This document shows positions 46,355 through 56,715 of a stretch of 64,000 bases of DNA, piece by piece. Where the stretch lies: the sequence record SRR20825019_1418. The stretch is one strand, 5' to 3'. The position numbers and the translations under genes are program-made. The notes below the pieces were generated by a model. The model made no database searches. It saw only the letters and a program-made list of their open reading frames with translations, and was not told the origin of the DNA. Numbering within the stretch: position 1 is the stretch's first letter; each line of letters begins with the position of its first letter.

Positions 46355-47245
46355 TCAGTTGGACAGGCTGTAGACGTACGCCGCCAGGATCTGGATCTGA
46401 TCGTCGGAGAGCCGGTCACCCTGTGCGGGCATCTGGTTCGCACGACCGTTTACCACGGTTTCCTTGATCCACTCGTAGGTGGAGCCGTACAGCCAGGTAT
46501 TGTCGGTGAGGTTCGGGGCGCCCATAGCCTGGTTGCCCTTGCCGTCCTGACCGTGACAGGCCACGCAGGCCTGTGCAAACACCTGCTCGCCCTTGGCAGC
46601 GGCTTCTTCGTCTTTTGCCCGGTCGCTGAAACTGAGCACGTAGTTTACAACCTGATCAACTTGCTCAGAGGTCATGCCCGGCATGGTGCCCTTCGCGGGC
46701 ATGTTGCCGTTACGCCCCTGGTGCAGGGTGGTCAGGATGGTGTCCGGGTCGCCGCCATACAGCCAGTCGTCATCCGTCAGGTTGGGAAACCCGAGGGAGC
46801 CGCGCCCAGCGGAACCGTGGCAGACGGCACAGTTGTTGGCGAACAGCCGCTGGCCCATTTTCATGGCGTCGTCGTTCTCTGCCAGCTCGGCCACCGGTGT
46901 GTCACCAAACTTGGCGTAGAGCTCGCCGTAACGGGCATCGGCCTGCTGCATTTCGGCCTGCCACTGGTTCTCAGCGGTCCATCCCAGCAGCCCCTTGTAG
47001 TTACCCAGGCCCGGGTACAGGGCGAGATAGCCCAGTGCGAAAACACAGGTCGCGATAAAGAGGTAGTACCACCACTTTGGCAGCGGGTTGTCGTATTCTT
47101 CAATGCCATCGAACGAATGACCAACGGTTTTGTTGGTTTCAGTATCGGTGGTCTGGCCCTTGCGGGTGGCATACAGAAGCCACCAACAGCCAAACACGGT
47201 ACCGAGCACGATCACGCTGATCCAGATGCTCCAGAAGGTACTCAT
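46355..47245 (-). CDS. ccoP: cbb3 cytochrome c oxidase subunit III
   Basis: FDGIEEYDNPLPKWW; CAVCH and CVACH. Confidence 0.96.
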   Translation of the reverse strand: MSTFWSIWISVIVLGTVFGCWWLLYATRKGQTTDTETNKTVGHSFDGIEEYDNPLPKWWYYLFIATCVFALGYLALYPGLGNYKGLLGWTAENQWQAEMQQADARYGELYAKFGDTPVAELAENDDAMKMGQRLFANNCAVCHGSAGRGSLGFPNLTDDDWLYGGDPDTILTTLHQGRNGNMPAKGTMPGMTSEQVDQVVNYVLSFSDRAKDEEAAAKGEQVFAQACVACHGQDGKGNQAMGAPNLTDNTWLYGSTYEWIKETVVNGRANQMPAQGDRLSDDQIQILAAYVYSLSN

Positions 47246-47427
47246 TGCTTTTTCTCCGTTTGTTCCTGTTCAAGAGTACGCTTTTCCACGTCGTCATCCT
47301 CGAAGGGCAGGTGGGCCGCCTCGTCGTTGGGCTTCTTCCGGTGGGCGCTGTAGGCCCACCAGATGATGCCAAGGAACATGGCCATAATGACCAGTGAGTG
47401 AATGCCGCGTAACTCGTTAATATCCAT
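47242..47427 (-). CDS. ccoQ: cbb3 cytochrome c oxidase subunit IV
   Basis: MDINELRG...WWAY...EAAHLPF. Confidence 0.9.
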   Translation of the reverse strand: MDINELRGIHSLVIMAMFLGIIWWAYSAHRKKPNDEAAHLPFEDDDVEKRTLEQEQTEKKQ

Positions 47428-47432
47428 GGGGA

Positions 47433-48041
47433 TCACCGTTTATCTGAAATCACGGTACCAAGCTGCTGCAGGTACGCCACCAGGGCTTCGATTTCGAACT
47501 TGCCCCTGACTTCGTCGGCCGCTCCGGCAACCTGCTCGTCGGTATAGGGCACGCCCAGGGTCTGAAGCGTTTCCAGCTTGGACTCGGTGCTGGTGTGATC
47601 GATGCGATTCTCGAACAGCCACGGGAAAGCGGGCATGTTGGATTCAGGCACAACGCTGCGGGGATCGTACAGGTGCTGGCGCTGCCAGGCGTCGGAGTAG
47701 CGACCACCGACACGCGCCAGGTCAGGACCGGTACGCTTGGAGCCCCACAGGAACGGACGATCGTAGACAAACTCGCCCGCAACGGAGTAGTGGCCGTAGC
47801 GCTCGGTTTCAGCGCGGAACGGGCGGATCTGCTGGGTGTGGCAGACGTGACAGCCTTCACGGATATAGATGTCCCGGCCTTCCAGTTCCAGTGCTGACAG
47901 GGGCTCAAGGCCTTCAACCGGCTCGTTGGTCTCGTCCAGGAAGAACAGCGGAACCACTTCTGCCAGGAAACCACCACTGATGGTGAAGATGATCAGTACG
48001 ATCATCAGCCCCAGGTTCTTTTCAACAATTTCGTGTTTCAT
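47433..48041 (-). CDS. ccoO: cbb3 cytochrome c oxidase subunit II
   Basis: [22 protein letters not shown]. Confidence 0.96.
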   Translation of the reverse strand: MKHEIVEKNLGLMIVLIIFTISGGFLAEVVPLFFLDETNEPVEGLEPLSALELEGRDIYIREGCHVCHTQQIRPFRAETERYGHYSVAGEFVYDRPFLWGSKRTGPDLARVGGRYSDAWQRQHLYDPRSVVPESNMPAFPWLFENRIDHTSTESKLETLQTLGVPYTDEQVAGAADEVRGKFEIEALVAYLQQLGTVISDKR

Positions 48042-48056
48042 TGATTCTGTCTCCCG

Positions 48057-49487
48057 TTACGCCGCTTGCGCTGCTGTATTGTCCTGAGCAACGGCTTCCT
48101 TCTGACGCACGGTCATGTATACGTTGTATGCCATCACCAGCATACCGGTCAGGAAAATCACACCGCCAAGGAATCGCACGAAATAGCCTGATTCGGACGC
48201 TTCAAGGGCTTCGACAAAACTGTAGGTCAGGGTTCCGTCTTCGTTGACGGCGCGCCACATAAGCCCCTGCATAATACCGTTCACCCACATGGCAACGATG
48301 TAGAGTACGGTGCCCACGGTGGCCAGCCAGAAGTGGACGTTGATCAGGCTGACGCTGTACATGGCCTGAAGGCCCCACAGCTTGGGAATCAGGTGATAGA
48401 TGGCGCCGATACTGATCATGGCAACCCAGCCCAGTGCACCGGAGTGTACGTGGCCAATGGTCCAGTCCGTGTTGTGCGACAGCGCGTTAACCGTCTTGAT
48501 GGCCATCATCGGGCCTTCAAACGTAGACATGCCATAGAACGACAGAGACACCACGAGGAAGCGGAGGATCGGGTCGGTACGCAGTTTGTGCCAGGCACCC
48601 GACAGCGTCATCATACCGTTGATCATGCCGCCCCAGGAGGGTGCAAGCAGGATCAGAGACATTACCATGCCCGCGGTTTGGGCCCAGTCCGGCAGCGCCG
48701 AGTAGTGCAGGTGGTGGCCACCCGCCCATACGTAGGTCGCAATCAGCGCCCAGAAGTGAACGATGGACAGGCGATAAGAGTAGATAGGGCGGTTGGCCTG
48801 CTTGGGAACAAAGTAATACATCATCCCCAGGAAGCCTGCAGTCAGGAAGAAACCGACCGCGTTGTGGCCCCACCACCACTGCATCATCGCGTCTGTCACG
48901 CCCGCGTAGGCGGAGTAGGATTTGAAGGCGCCCGCCGGTAAGGCCAGGTTGTTACCAATGTGCAGAACGGCCACGGTCAGGATGAAACCGCCGTAGAACC
49001 AGTTGGCCACGTAGATGTGGGCTGTGGCGCGCCGCATGATTGTGCCAAAGAAAACCAGTGCGTAGGAGACCCAGACAATGGCGATGAGGATATCAATTGG
49101 CCACTCGAGTTCTGCGTATTCCTTGGAAGACGTGAGGCCCATTGGCAGGGTGATGATCGCCGCAACCATCACGGCTTGCCAGCCCCAGAAGGTGAACGCC
49201 GCAAGTCCATCGGAGATCAGTCGCGCCTGACAGGTACGCTGAACAACGTAATAGGAGGTGGCAAACAGTGCTGAACCACCAAACCCGAAGATGACGAGGT
49301 TTGTGTGGAGCGGCCGTAAACGACCGAAGTGAGTCCAGGAGAAATCCAGGTTCATCGAGGGCCAAACAAGCTGGGATGCGATCAGCACACCCATGCCCAT
49401 GCCAACAATGCCCCAGACCAACGTCATGATGGCAAACTGTCTCACCACCTTGTAGTTGTATGTCAGGTTAGCATTTACTGTGCTCAT
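48057..49487 (-). CDS. ccoN: cbb3 cytochrome c oxidase subunit I
   Basis: [23 protein letters not shown] and IGHVH motifs; start MSTVN. Confidence 0.96.
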   Translation of the reverse strand: MSTVNANLTYNYKVVRQFAIMTLVWGIVGMGMGVLIASQLVWPSMNLDFSWTHFGRLRPLHTNLVIFGFGGSALFATSYYVVQRTCQARLISDGLAAFTFWGWQAVMVAAIITLPMGLTSSKEYAELEWPIDILIAIVWVSYALVFFGTIMRRATAHIYVANWFYGGFILTVAVLHIGNNLALPAGAFKSYSAYAGVTDAMMQWWWGHNAVGFFLTAGFLGMMYYFVPKQANRPIYSYRLSIVHFWALIATYVWAGGHHLHYSALPDWAQTAGMVMSLILLAPSWGGMINGMMTLSGAWHKLRTDPILRFLVVSLSFYGMSTFEGPMMAIKTVNALSHNTDWTIGHVHSGALGWVAMISIGAIYHLIPKLWGLQAMYSVSLINVHFWLATVGTVLYIVAMWVNGIMQGLMWRAVNEDGTLTYSFVEALEASESGYFVRFLGGVIFLTGMLVMAYNVYMTVRQKEAVAQDNTAAQAA

Positions 49488-49558
49488 AGCCTTACCAATG
49501 GGTTTAGAGTGGGGAAAATATGCGGGCGCAAGTATGGAGAAACGATTAGCTGTTTGCA

Positions 49559-49572
49559 ATGACGTAGATCAA
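49559..49572 (-). promoter_or_regulatory. FNR/ANR box of the ccoN promoter
   Basis: TTGAT-CTAC-GTCAT on - (consensus TTGAT-N4-ATCAA); -10-like CATACT at 49536-49531, giving class II spacing. Confidence 0.72.
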
Positions 49573-49712
49573 CTCTGAAACTCTGTCAACTGGGTCTAAA
49601 TCAGTAACATGGCGAATCTACAAGGGTAATCACGAATGCTCCAAAAGCGGTTTTTGATGTTCGGTTGATGCATTGCTTCCCGGAACACTAATGATAGTCA
49701 TAATTCGGAGGT

Positions 49713-50378
49713 TTGGTGAATTCTGTAACCGTATTCAAAACCAGGGCGAAAAGTAGTGTGGCAGCGCCGGTGCTTGTCCTGGCACATGGCGCAGGTGCAC
49801 CCGCCGATTCGCCGTTCATGGAGCTCCTGGCGGCAGCGCTTTCAGCGCAGGGCGTGACGACCGTCAGGTTTGAGTTCCCCTATATGGAGAAGCGGCGGGA
49901 GGATGGCAAAAAGCGGCCACCAGACCGCCAGCCAACACTGCTTGGGCATTTCCGCACGGTCATTGCAGAAACTTGCGCCGGCATCGACGGGCAGGCCGGC
50001 GTTTTTGTCGGAGGCAAGTCCATGGGTGGAAGAATGGCCAGCATTCTGGCTGCTGAGCCCGGCATTGACGACGCGGTGCGTGGTGCTGTGTGTTTCGGCT
50101 ATCCCTTTCATCCTCCTGGCAAAAATGATCGGTGGCGGACGGATCATTTCCAGTCGCTGTGCCGGCCAATACAGATCATTCAGGGAACGCGTGATTCTTT
50201 CGGCAAACAGGCAGAGGTTGAGGCGCGTGCACTGGACACCCTGGACAACGTAAGTTTGGCGTGGCTGGAAGGTGGAGACCACGATTATCGGCCCCTGGCG
50301 CGACAGAGTGAGAGCCGGGAAGATCTGATTCAGCAGGCGGCGGCAGCAGCTGCGAGGTTTATGATCGGGCAGGAATGA
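49713..50378 (+). CDS. Alpha/beta hydrolase (KANL3/Tex30-like)
   Basis: LAHGAGA, GGKSMGGR, GYPFHP and GGDHD motifs. Confidence 0.88.
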   Translation: MVNSVTVFKTRAKSSVAAPVLVLAHGAGAPADSPFMELLAAALSAQGVTTVRFEFPYMEKRREDGKKRPPDRQPTLLGHFRTVIAETCAGIDGQAGVFVGGKSMGGRMASILAAEPGIDDAVRGAVCFGYPFHPPGKNDRWRTDHFQSLCRPIQIIQGTRDSFGKQAEVEARALDTLDNVSLAWLEGGDHDYRPLARQSESREDLIQQAAAAAARFMIGQE

Positions 50379-50379
50379 G

Positions 50380-52221
50380 TCAGGAGACCTCGGGCGTCGC
50401 TTGCTCAGTCCGGTTTCGACCGCACGCTTTGGCACGATAGAGCGCCTCATCGGCACGCCGGAACAGATCTCGCTCATCATCCCCCTGGGATAACGTGGCG
50501 GTACCGGCGCTCATGGTCAGCGTAACCGGTGTGCCATCGTCCGCAGGCACGCGTATCGCAGCGATATCCTCAAGAATCCCTTCACAGACACCCAGAGCGC
50601 CATTCGCGTCGGTGCCGGGTAACAGGATGGCGAATTCCTCTCCGCCAAAGCGGATAGCAACATCACGGGGTCGTTTGACGTGGCGCCTGAGAATGTCGGC
50701 AATGTGTTGCAGGCAACGATCACCAAACTCGTGCCCCCAGGAGTCGTTGACAGCCTTGAAGTGGTCGGCATCCAATAGAGCTATGGTCAGGGGTTGACCA
50801 GTACGTCGGGCTTCGGCACAGAGTTCCGGCAGCAGGTTGTCCATATGACGGCGATTATGGAGCCCGGTCAGAGCGTCATTGAGGCTTAGGGTTGCCAGCT
50901 GCCGGTTTGCCTTTTCCAGCTCTCTCATGGTGCTGCGAAGCTGCGCGGTGCGTTCATGCACCTTTAACTCGAGCTCGGTTCTGGCGTTATGCTCTACGTC
51001 CAGAAGCTTTTTATTCAATAGCCGCCAACGCTGCACCATGGCGTAATTGAGCAGAATAACCTGCGCTCCAACGGCGGCCTGCATAAAGATTTCCCGTGCC
51101 AGGAAGTCAGCCAGGTAACCAAAGGCAGCCATTGAATAGATCAGGGCGCCTGCCAACATGCCAGACCATGCCACTACGTACCACTTGGCGGGAGAATATC
51201 CCTGGCGCCAGCGGATGATGCCAATGATAAACAGGCAGGCAATGATCAGCAGTGCAATCCCGGTATTCAATACGATGGATCTGTTGTAGGGCAACAGGAA
51301 TGCCATGATGAACAGGCCTGCGCTGGTCAGGGCAAGCCCCGTCAACACCTTGTTCGCAATCGTGTTGGTGGGGATTTCGAGGAATGAGCGCCCGAACAGG
51401 GTCATGGCCAGCGAACTGATCGACATCAGCATGGGAATCGATGTATTGGCGAAACCGGTACTGTCGGGCCAGAAATACTGGTTGGCGAAACCGCCCATGG
51501 CGAACAGGAACAGCCCCAGGGATGCCATGTAAAAGGCGTTGTAGAAGTAGTAGCCGGTGCCGGAACTGAAAAAGAGCAGCAGGTTGAATACCGCAAAGAC
51601 CAGCAACGCCCCATAGAAGAAGCCGTGCAGGAGGGTAAGGTGGTTGCTTTCCGCGATCGTCGTTTCCGGCGTTTTCAGCGACAGCGGAACGTTCAATGCC
51701 CCGCTGCTCTGAATTCGCAAGGTGATGGTTTGGGTTTCGCCAGCGCCGAGCGTGACGGGGAGCAGGAAATACCGGTAATCTATGCCCCGCGAGAGAAAGG
51801 GGTGCTGGTCCCCCGTGGTCAAGGCTGGTTCAACGAGTTCGCTGGAGCGCCAGAACGTTACTTCATCCAGCAGTGGGTAATTGAGCTTCAGGTACCAGAG
51901 CTTCTGGCTATCGTCGGAATTCCGAACATTGAGGCGAACCCAGTACACCGAATCGGTGTGGCTGAATACCAGATCGTGTCCCCTGGCGGATGTCCATTGA
52001 ATATCCGCCGGCAGTTCACGGGGGGATTCGGCCCGATGTGCGGGCGTGTCGGGTGCTGCGCTCAGGAAGCAGACATGGTTCATCAGCGCTTCCCGTTGCA
52101 CCGGATCGATGGCGTCCAGCGCCGGGCAATGAGGTGTCGTTCCCGGATGGGTCGCCAGTGACAGGTCCGTGACCAGTAATAGCCCGATCAGTGGGAACAG
52201 AAAGCGCAGGTACAGCGGCAT
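50380..52221 (-). CDS. 7TM-DISM sensor diguanylate cyclase
   Basis: Periplasmic DISMED2-like domain, 7 TM helices, DALTGLHNRR, RPRD I-site and GGEEF. Confidence 0.9.
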   Translation of the reverse strand: MPLYLRFLFPLIGLLLVTDLSLATHPGTTPHCPALDAIDPVQREALMNHVCFLSAAPDTPAHRAESPRELPADIQWTSARGHDLVFSHTDSVYWVRLNVRNSDDSQKLWYLKLNYPLLDEVTFWRSSELVEPALTTGDQHPFLSRGIDYRYFLLPVTLGAGETQTITLRIQSSGALNVPLSLKTPETTIAESNHLTLLHGFFYGALLVFAVFNLLLFFSSGTGYYFYNAFYMASLGLFLFAMGGFANQYFWPDSTGFANTSIPMLMSISSLAMTLFGRSFLEIPTNTIANKVLTGLALTSAGLFIMAFLLPYNRSIVLNTGIALLIIACLFIIGIIRWRQGYSPAKWYVVAWSGMLAGALIYSMAAFGYLADFLAREIFMQAAVGAQVILLNYAMVQRWRLLNKKLLDVEHNARTELELKVHERTAQLRSTMRELEKANRQLATLSLNDALTGLHNRRHMDNLLPELCAEARRTGQPLTIALLDADHFKAVNDSWGHEFGDRCLQHIADILRRHVKRPRDVAIRFGGEEFAILLPGTDANGALGVCEGILEDIAAIRVPADDGTPVTLTMSAGTATLSQGDDERDLFRRADEALYRAKACGRNRTEQATPEVS

Positions 52222-52333
52222 TAAGGTATTCCTGCCAGCGGAAAGCCCAATAGTGTAGACAAATGCGGGCTGTGTATATGTTAAACAGATTCAAATTTGG
52301 GGTTTCTGGTGAGAAGCCCTGTCCAGGTGCCTA

Positions 52334-53410
52334 ATGGAACAACTGATTGCAATTTGTCGTCCCGGGTTCGAGACGGAAGCGGGGCGGGAGTTAACCGACT
52401 CGGCTGCCAGCGGCGGGGTCTATGGTTACTTCGAGCCCTCTGTAAACCAGGGATTTCTGACCTTTCACTGCCCGGGGCCCGGGCAGGTGGAGATGCTGGT
52501 CCAGCGGCTGTCCATCGACCAGCTGGTGTTTGTCAGGGACTGGTTTGTGGTTTTAGCGGACGTAGCCCTGCCCGCGTCGGATCGCGTCGGCGCCGTTATT
52601 GACGCATTGCGGTCCGTTGATGGGGCGATTCCTGTCTGTGCCCGTATTGAAATTCGTCTTCCCGAAAACAACGCTGACGCAGACCTCGGCAACTTCGCCC
52701 GCAAATGGGTTTCCCCACTGTCGAAAGCGCTCAGGGGCGCGGGGTTACTGGAGAAGGATTCGAAAGCTGAGTCGCCGGCACGGCTTGAAGTGTTGCTGAC
52801 GGGGTTTGAACGCGCCATCGTCGGGTTCAGCCTGGCCAGCAATCGTGCGCGTTACGTCAGTGGTATACCAAGGCTTCGACTGCCCGCGTCCGCCCCCAGC
52901 CGATCGGCGCTGAAACTGGAAGAAGCGTGGAAGGTGTTCCTGCCCCCGGGCCAGGAACTGGACTACCTGGGAAGCGGCAAGCAGGCTGTGGATCTGGGCG
53001 CGGCTCCCGGTGGCTGGACCTGGCAACTGGTCCGGCAGGGTATGATGGTGACCGCCGTTGATAATGGGCCCATGAATGCTGAATTGATGGCTTCCGGACA
53101 CGTAGAGCATGTTGAGGCAGATGGTTATCAATGGAGGCCCCGGCGCGGTGTGGACTGGATGGTGTGCGATATCGTCGACCATCCACGCCGAACCTCGGAG
53201 ATGGTCGTGCATTGGCTGTCTGCCAAGCTTTGTCGCTATACCGTTTTCAATCTGAAACTACCGATGAAAAAACGATACGACGAGTGGTTGGTGTGCAAGG
53301 ACATCCTGGAAGAAGGCCTTGCACAGACGGAAATGAACTTCCTGCTGAGGGCCCGTCACCTCTACCACGATCGTGAGGAGATCACCTGCTTCATAGAACG
53401 CAGGGACTGA
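52334..53410 (+). CDS. rlmM: 23S rRNA C2498 2'-O-methyltransferase
   Basis: CRPGFE, APSRSALKLEEA, DLGAAPGGWT and LYHDREEIT motifs. Confidence 0.93.
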   Translation: MEQLIAICRPGFETEAGRELTDSAASGGVYGYFEPSVNQGFLTFHCPGPGQVEMLVQRLSIDQLVFVRDWFVVLADVALPASDRVGAVIDALRSVDGAIPVCARIEIRLPENNADADLGNFARKWVSPLSKALRGAGLLEKDSKAESPARLEVLLTGFERAIVGFSLASNRARYVSGIPRLRLPASAPSRSALKLEEAWKVFLPPGQELDYLGSGKQAVDLGAAPGGWTWQLVRQGMMVTAVDNGPMNAELMASGHVEHVEADGYQWRPRRGVDWMVCDIVDHPRRTSEMVVHWLSAKLCRYTVFNLKLPMKKRYDEWLVCKDILEEGLAQTEMNFLLRARHLYHDREEITCFIERRD

Positions 53411-53430
53411 GCGCCTGTAAATAGCGTGCT

Positions 53431-53715
53431 TTAGCTATGCTGCCACACGGTGATAATCTCGTCCCGGTCCATCATTGGAATCAGCTCCGCCATCAGTTCC
53501 CGGCGTTCCTCTGAGAGGAACCAGCGCTGCCAGTCGGCTTCGGAGCGCCAGTTGGAGAGGGTAAGGCGATGGTTGGAGTCGTGGGTATCGACCAGCGTTT
53601 CACCGGAAACGAAGCCGGGGGCGCTTACGGCGTTCTGAAGGACCTTGCGGGATCTGTCCTCGTAGGCGGATTCGAGTGTTTCAGCAATATGACGTTCAAT
53701 CAGCACCCGGATCAT
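53431..53715 (-). CDS. Antibiotic biosynthesis monooxygenase (ABM) family protein
   Basis: MIRVLIER...[10 protein letters not shown]...[10 protein letters not shown]. Confidence 0.8.
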   Translation of the reverse strand: MIRVLIERHIAETLESAYEDRSRKVLQNAVSAPGFVSGETLVDTHDSNHRLTLSNWRSEADWQRWFLSEERRELMAELIPMMDRDEIITVWQHS

Positions 53716-53804
53716 TGTTTACCTCGTTTTGTTTTTTGACATCTATAAACAATAATTTAGCACGTATTTTCCAAAATTCAGGTGGAATCGCAGGAGGAAG
53801 AACA

Positions 53805-54044
53805 TTGGGACAACCGGAACACGATGCAGAGCTGGACGCCCGGGGACTGTTTTGCCCCGAACCCGTCATGCTGCTGCATAATAGAATCGTGGATATCAGT
53901 ATAGGGGGCGTCTTGAAGGTGGTTGCCACGGACCCGTCAACAACCCGGGATATACCGAGGTTCTGCCAGTTCCTGAATCACGAGCTGGTGTACAGCGCCG
54001 AGGATGACCAGGAATTTGTTTACTTCATCCGACGAGGGGAGTGA
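53805..54044 (+). CDS. tusA: Sulfur carrier TusA
   Basis: TTG start behind [33 protein letters not shown]. Confidence 0.9.
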   Translation: MGQPEHDAELDARGLFCPEPVMLLHNRIVDISIGGVLKVVATDPSTTRDIPRFCQFLNHELVYSAEDDQEFVYFIRRGE

Positions 54045-54054
54045 CTAAAGGCTG

Positions 54055-55986
54055 TCAGGAGCCGCCCGACATGTCCAGTGCGTTCAGATGGCCGAGGAAC
54101 TGTTCGCGGTCCATTTCGCCCAGTATCCGGGCGGTTTCCAGCTCAGCCCCATCGTTGCCATAGAACAGAATGGCTGGCGGGCCGAACAGCCCCAGTTCCT
54201 CAAGTAGTGCCTGCTGGGCGGGCGTGTTGTCCGTCATGTCCAGTTGCAGCAGTGTGTAGGGTGACAGCGCCTGGATCACAGAGTCATTGCTGAAAACGTT
54301 CCGCTCCATAACCTTGCAGGAGATACACCAGTCGGCGTAGAAGTCCAGCATGACCGGGGTGCCGTTTCGTTTGGCCTGGGCCAGTTGATTGCGAATATCG
54401 GCGGGCGATTCCAGGCGGAGGAACTGGGCGTGGGCCATCTGGGAGGCAGAGCCACCCGCAACCGCCGGGTTGGCTGCCGTGAACGGCGCTAATGGCTTCA
54501 TTGGATCATTGGCGCCAGACACCGCGCCGGCCAAGAGCGCAATACCGTAGGCAAACATCACCAGGCCGAGGCCTTTGCGAGTGCGCTCCCAGCCAGCCTT
54601 TGCGGCATCGAAGGCTCCGAGCTGCACGCCAGTCACGGCAATCAGTAACCCCCAGAGTGTCAGCGCCAGCCAGGCTGGTACCAGCCGTTCCACCAACCAG
54701 ATTGCAACCGCCAGCAGCATGACGCCGTAGAAGGCCTTAACCACGTTCATCCAGGGACCGGTGGAAGGCAACAGTTTGCGGCCACCCACCGCCACGAGTA
54801 TCAGGGGAATGCCCATGCCGAGCCCAAGGGCGAACAGGGCAACGCCTCCAATGACGGCATCCTGGGTGGTACTGATGTAAAGCAGGCTGCCAGCAAGCGG
54901 TGCCGACACGCAGGGTGAAACGATCAGTGCTGACAGCGCGCCGATGCCGAAGATGCTGACCACGCGGCTGCCGGTCAGGCGATGGCTGGCATCGTTGAGC
55001 GGTTCCCGGATAAACCGGGGAAGCTGGATCTCAAACAGGTTGAACATGGAGAGGGCAAATACCACGAACAGTGCTGCGAAAACGCTCAACACCCACGGCG
55101 ACTGCAGGTGTGCCTGAAGGTTGAAACTGGCACCCAGTAACCCGGTAATCACACCCGCTGCGGCATAAGTCAGTGCCATACCCAGGACATAGCTGCCGGA
55201 AAGCAGCAGCGCGTGGGCGGTGGTACTGGTGTTGCGACTGGACACCAGTGAGGAAATGATTGGCACCATGGGTAGGACGCAGGGTGTAAAGGTCAGCCCC
55301 AGCCCAAGTAGCAGAAACAGGGCCGCGATGACCAGGACAGACTGGTTGGCCAAAAAGCCGGCGAGCCCGGTCGCCGAGGATGTATCCGTGGGTGCATTTG
55401 TTGACGATGACTGGGCATTGCCTGATGACCCCGAAGAGCCGGACATGCCGGCAGGAACGGGGGCGTCGTTGCTTCCGGTGCTGGCTCCGGCGCTGGCGTA
55501 GTACAGCGCGTCACGGGTTTGCGGCGGGTAGCACAGGCCTGCCTTGGCACAGCCCTGGTAGGTAACCTGAAGCTCCGCCTCGCGGACGCCTTCCGGAAGA
55601 TTGACCGGGACGCGTGCCTGAACCGGGTCGTAGAAGACCGTGACCTTGCCGAAGAACTCATCCTCCGTATCGGTACCGGTGTAGGAGAAATCAGGTTCAC
55701 CCAGGGTGACGCCGTCTGTTTTGCTGCTTACCTGGATGCGGCCTTTATAGAGGTAGTGTTCAGGGGTGACGTCCCAGGACAGCACAATAGCGCCGGTATC
55801 GACGGTGTAATTGAACGGCAGGGCTTCGTCCACCGGCAGGAAATCGTTGCTGCCGCCGAACAGCGAATTGCCTGCCGCGGACGCGAACAGCGATACGGCG
55901 GACAGTGCCAGAAACACTAAAAAGCGGCTCAGCACCCGATGGAGAGCACTACTGCGTGAGGCTGTGTTGTTGCCGGTCATAGTCAA
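54055..55986 (-). CDS. dsbD: Thiol:disulfide interchange protein DsbD
   Basis: QGCAKAGLCYPP, FTPCVLPM, SPCVSAP and YADWCISC motifs. Confidence 0.95.
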   Translation of the reverse strand: MTMTGNNTASRSSALHRVLSRFLVFLALSAVSLFASAAGNSLFGGSNDFLPVDEALPFNYTVDTGAIVLSWDVTPEHYLYKGRIQVSSKTDGVTLGEPDFSYTGTDTEDEFFGKVTVFYDPVQARVPVNLPEGVREAELQVTYQGCAKAGLCYPPQTRDALYYASAGASTGSNDAPVPAGMSGSSGSSGNAQSSSTNAPTDTSSATGLAGFLANQSVLVIAALFLLLGLGLTFTPCVLPMVPIISSLVSSRNTSTTAHALLLSGSYVLGMALTYAAAGVITGLLGASFNLQAHLQSPWVLSVFAALFVVFALSMFNLFEIQLPRFIREPLNDASHRLTGSRVVSIFGIGALSALIVSPCVSAPLAGSLLYISTTQDAVIGGVALFALGLGMGIPLILVAVGGRKLLPSTGPWMNVVKAFYGVMLLAVAIWLVERLVPAWLALTLWGLLIAVTGVQLGAFDAAKAGWERTRKGLGLVMFAYGIALLAGAVSGANDPMKPLAPFTAANPAVAGGSASQMAHAQFLRLESPADIRNQLAQAKRNGTPVMLDFYADWCISCKVMERNVFSNDSVIQALSPYTLLQLDMTDNTPAQQALLEELGLFGPPAILFYGNDGAELETARILGEMDREQFLGHLNALDMSGGS

Positions 55987-56130
55987 TGGATTACCGTAGC
56001 TGGTTCTGGAAATATCTGCGTGGTCTCAGTGTCTGTTGAAACCCTGCATCCCAAGGTTGCAATGGACTCATTTGTCAGGCAAAAGTTCCCTCTGGTATTG
56101 AACGGTCTAAAGTCGCACAATAGCCGTCCC

Positions 56131-56709
56131 ATGAAACACGATCCTGATGATCTTATCATGCTGTTCAGTGACCTGTTCCGGGAGGATTACCGGACCGTTC
56201 TGGTCAAGGGCAGCGATGAGCCTGAATACCTGCCCGCAACGGCGTCTGGCAGTTACGCACAGATTATCTTTGCTCACGGTTATTATGCCAGTGCTCTGCA
56301 TGAAATCAGTCATTGGTGTATCGCCGGTGAGCACCGGCGCACACTTCGGGACTTTGGCTACTGGTACTGTCCCGATGGCCGCGACGAGGCGCAGCAGCAA
56401 GCCTTTGAAAAGGCTGAAATCAAGCCGCAGGCCCTGGAATTGCTGTTCTCTGCCGCATCGGGCACACGTTTCCACATCAGCGTCGACAATCTCTCCGGTT
56501 GCGGGGCATGGGATGAGAACGCCTTTCGCAGGAATGTGCGGGCGCAGGCAGATTATTACCTTGAGCACGGCATGCCGGCCCGCGCGGGCCTGTTTTTCGA
56601 GATGCTCAAGACATTTTACGGAACCGGGGCTGATTTTAACGAAGTCTGGAAGAAAGAGACCAGGCGCCTGATGCCCGACGATTCCGCCACAGACACTGAG
56701 GTAGATTGA
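56131..56709 (+). CDS. epmC: Elongation factor P hydroxylase
   Basis: DEPEYLPA, FAHGYYASALHEISHWC and GYWYCPDGR motifs. Confidence 0.9.
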   Translation: MKHDPDDLIMLFSDLFREDYRTVLVKGSDEPEYLPATASGSYAQIIFAHGYYASALHEISHWCIAGEHRRTLRDFGYWYCPDGRDEAQQQAFEKAEIKPQALELLFSAASGTRFHISVDNLSGCGAWDENAFRRNVRAQADYYLEHGMPARAGLFFEMLKTFYGTGADFNEVWKKETRRLMPDDSATDTEVD

Positions 56710-56715
56710 AGCAAC

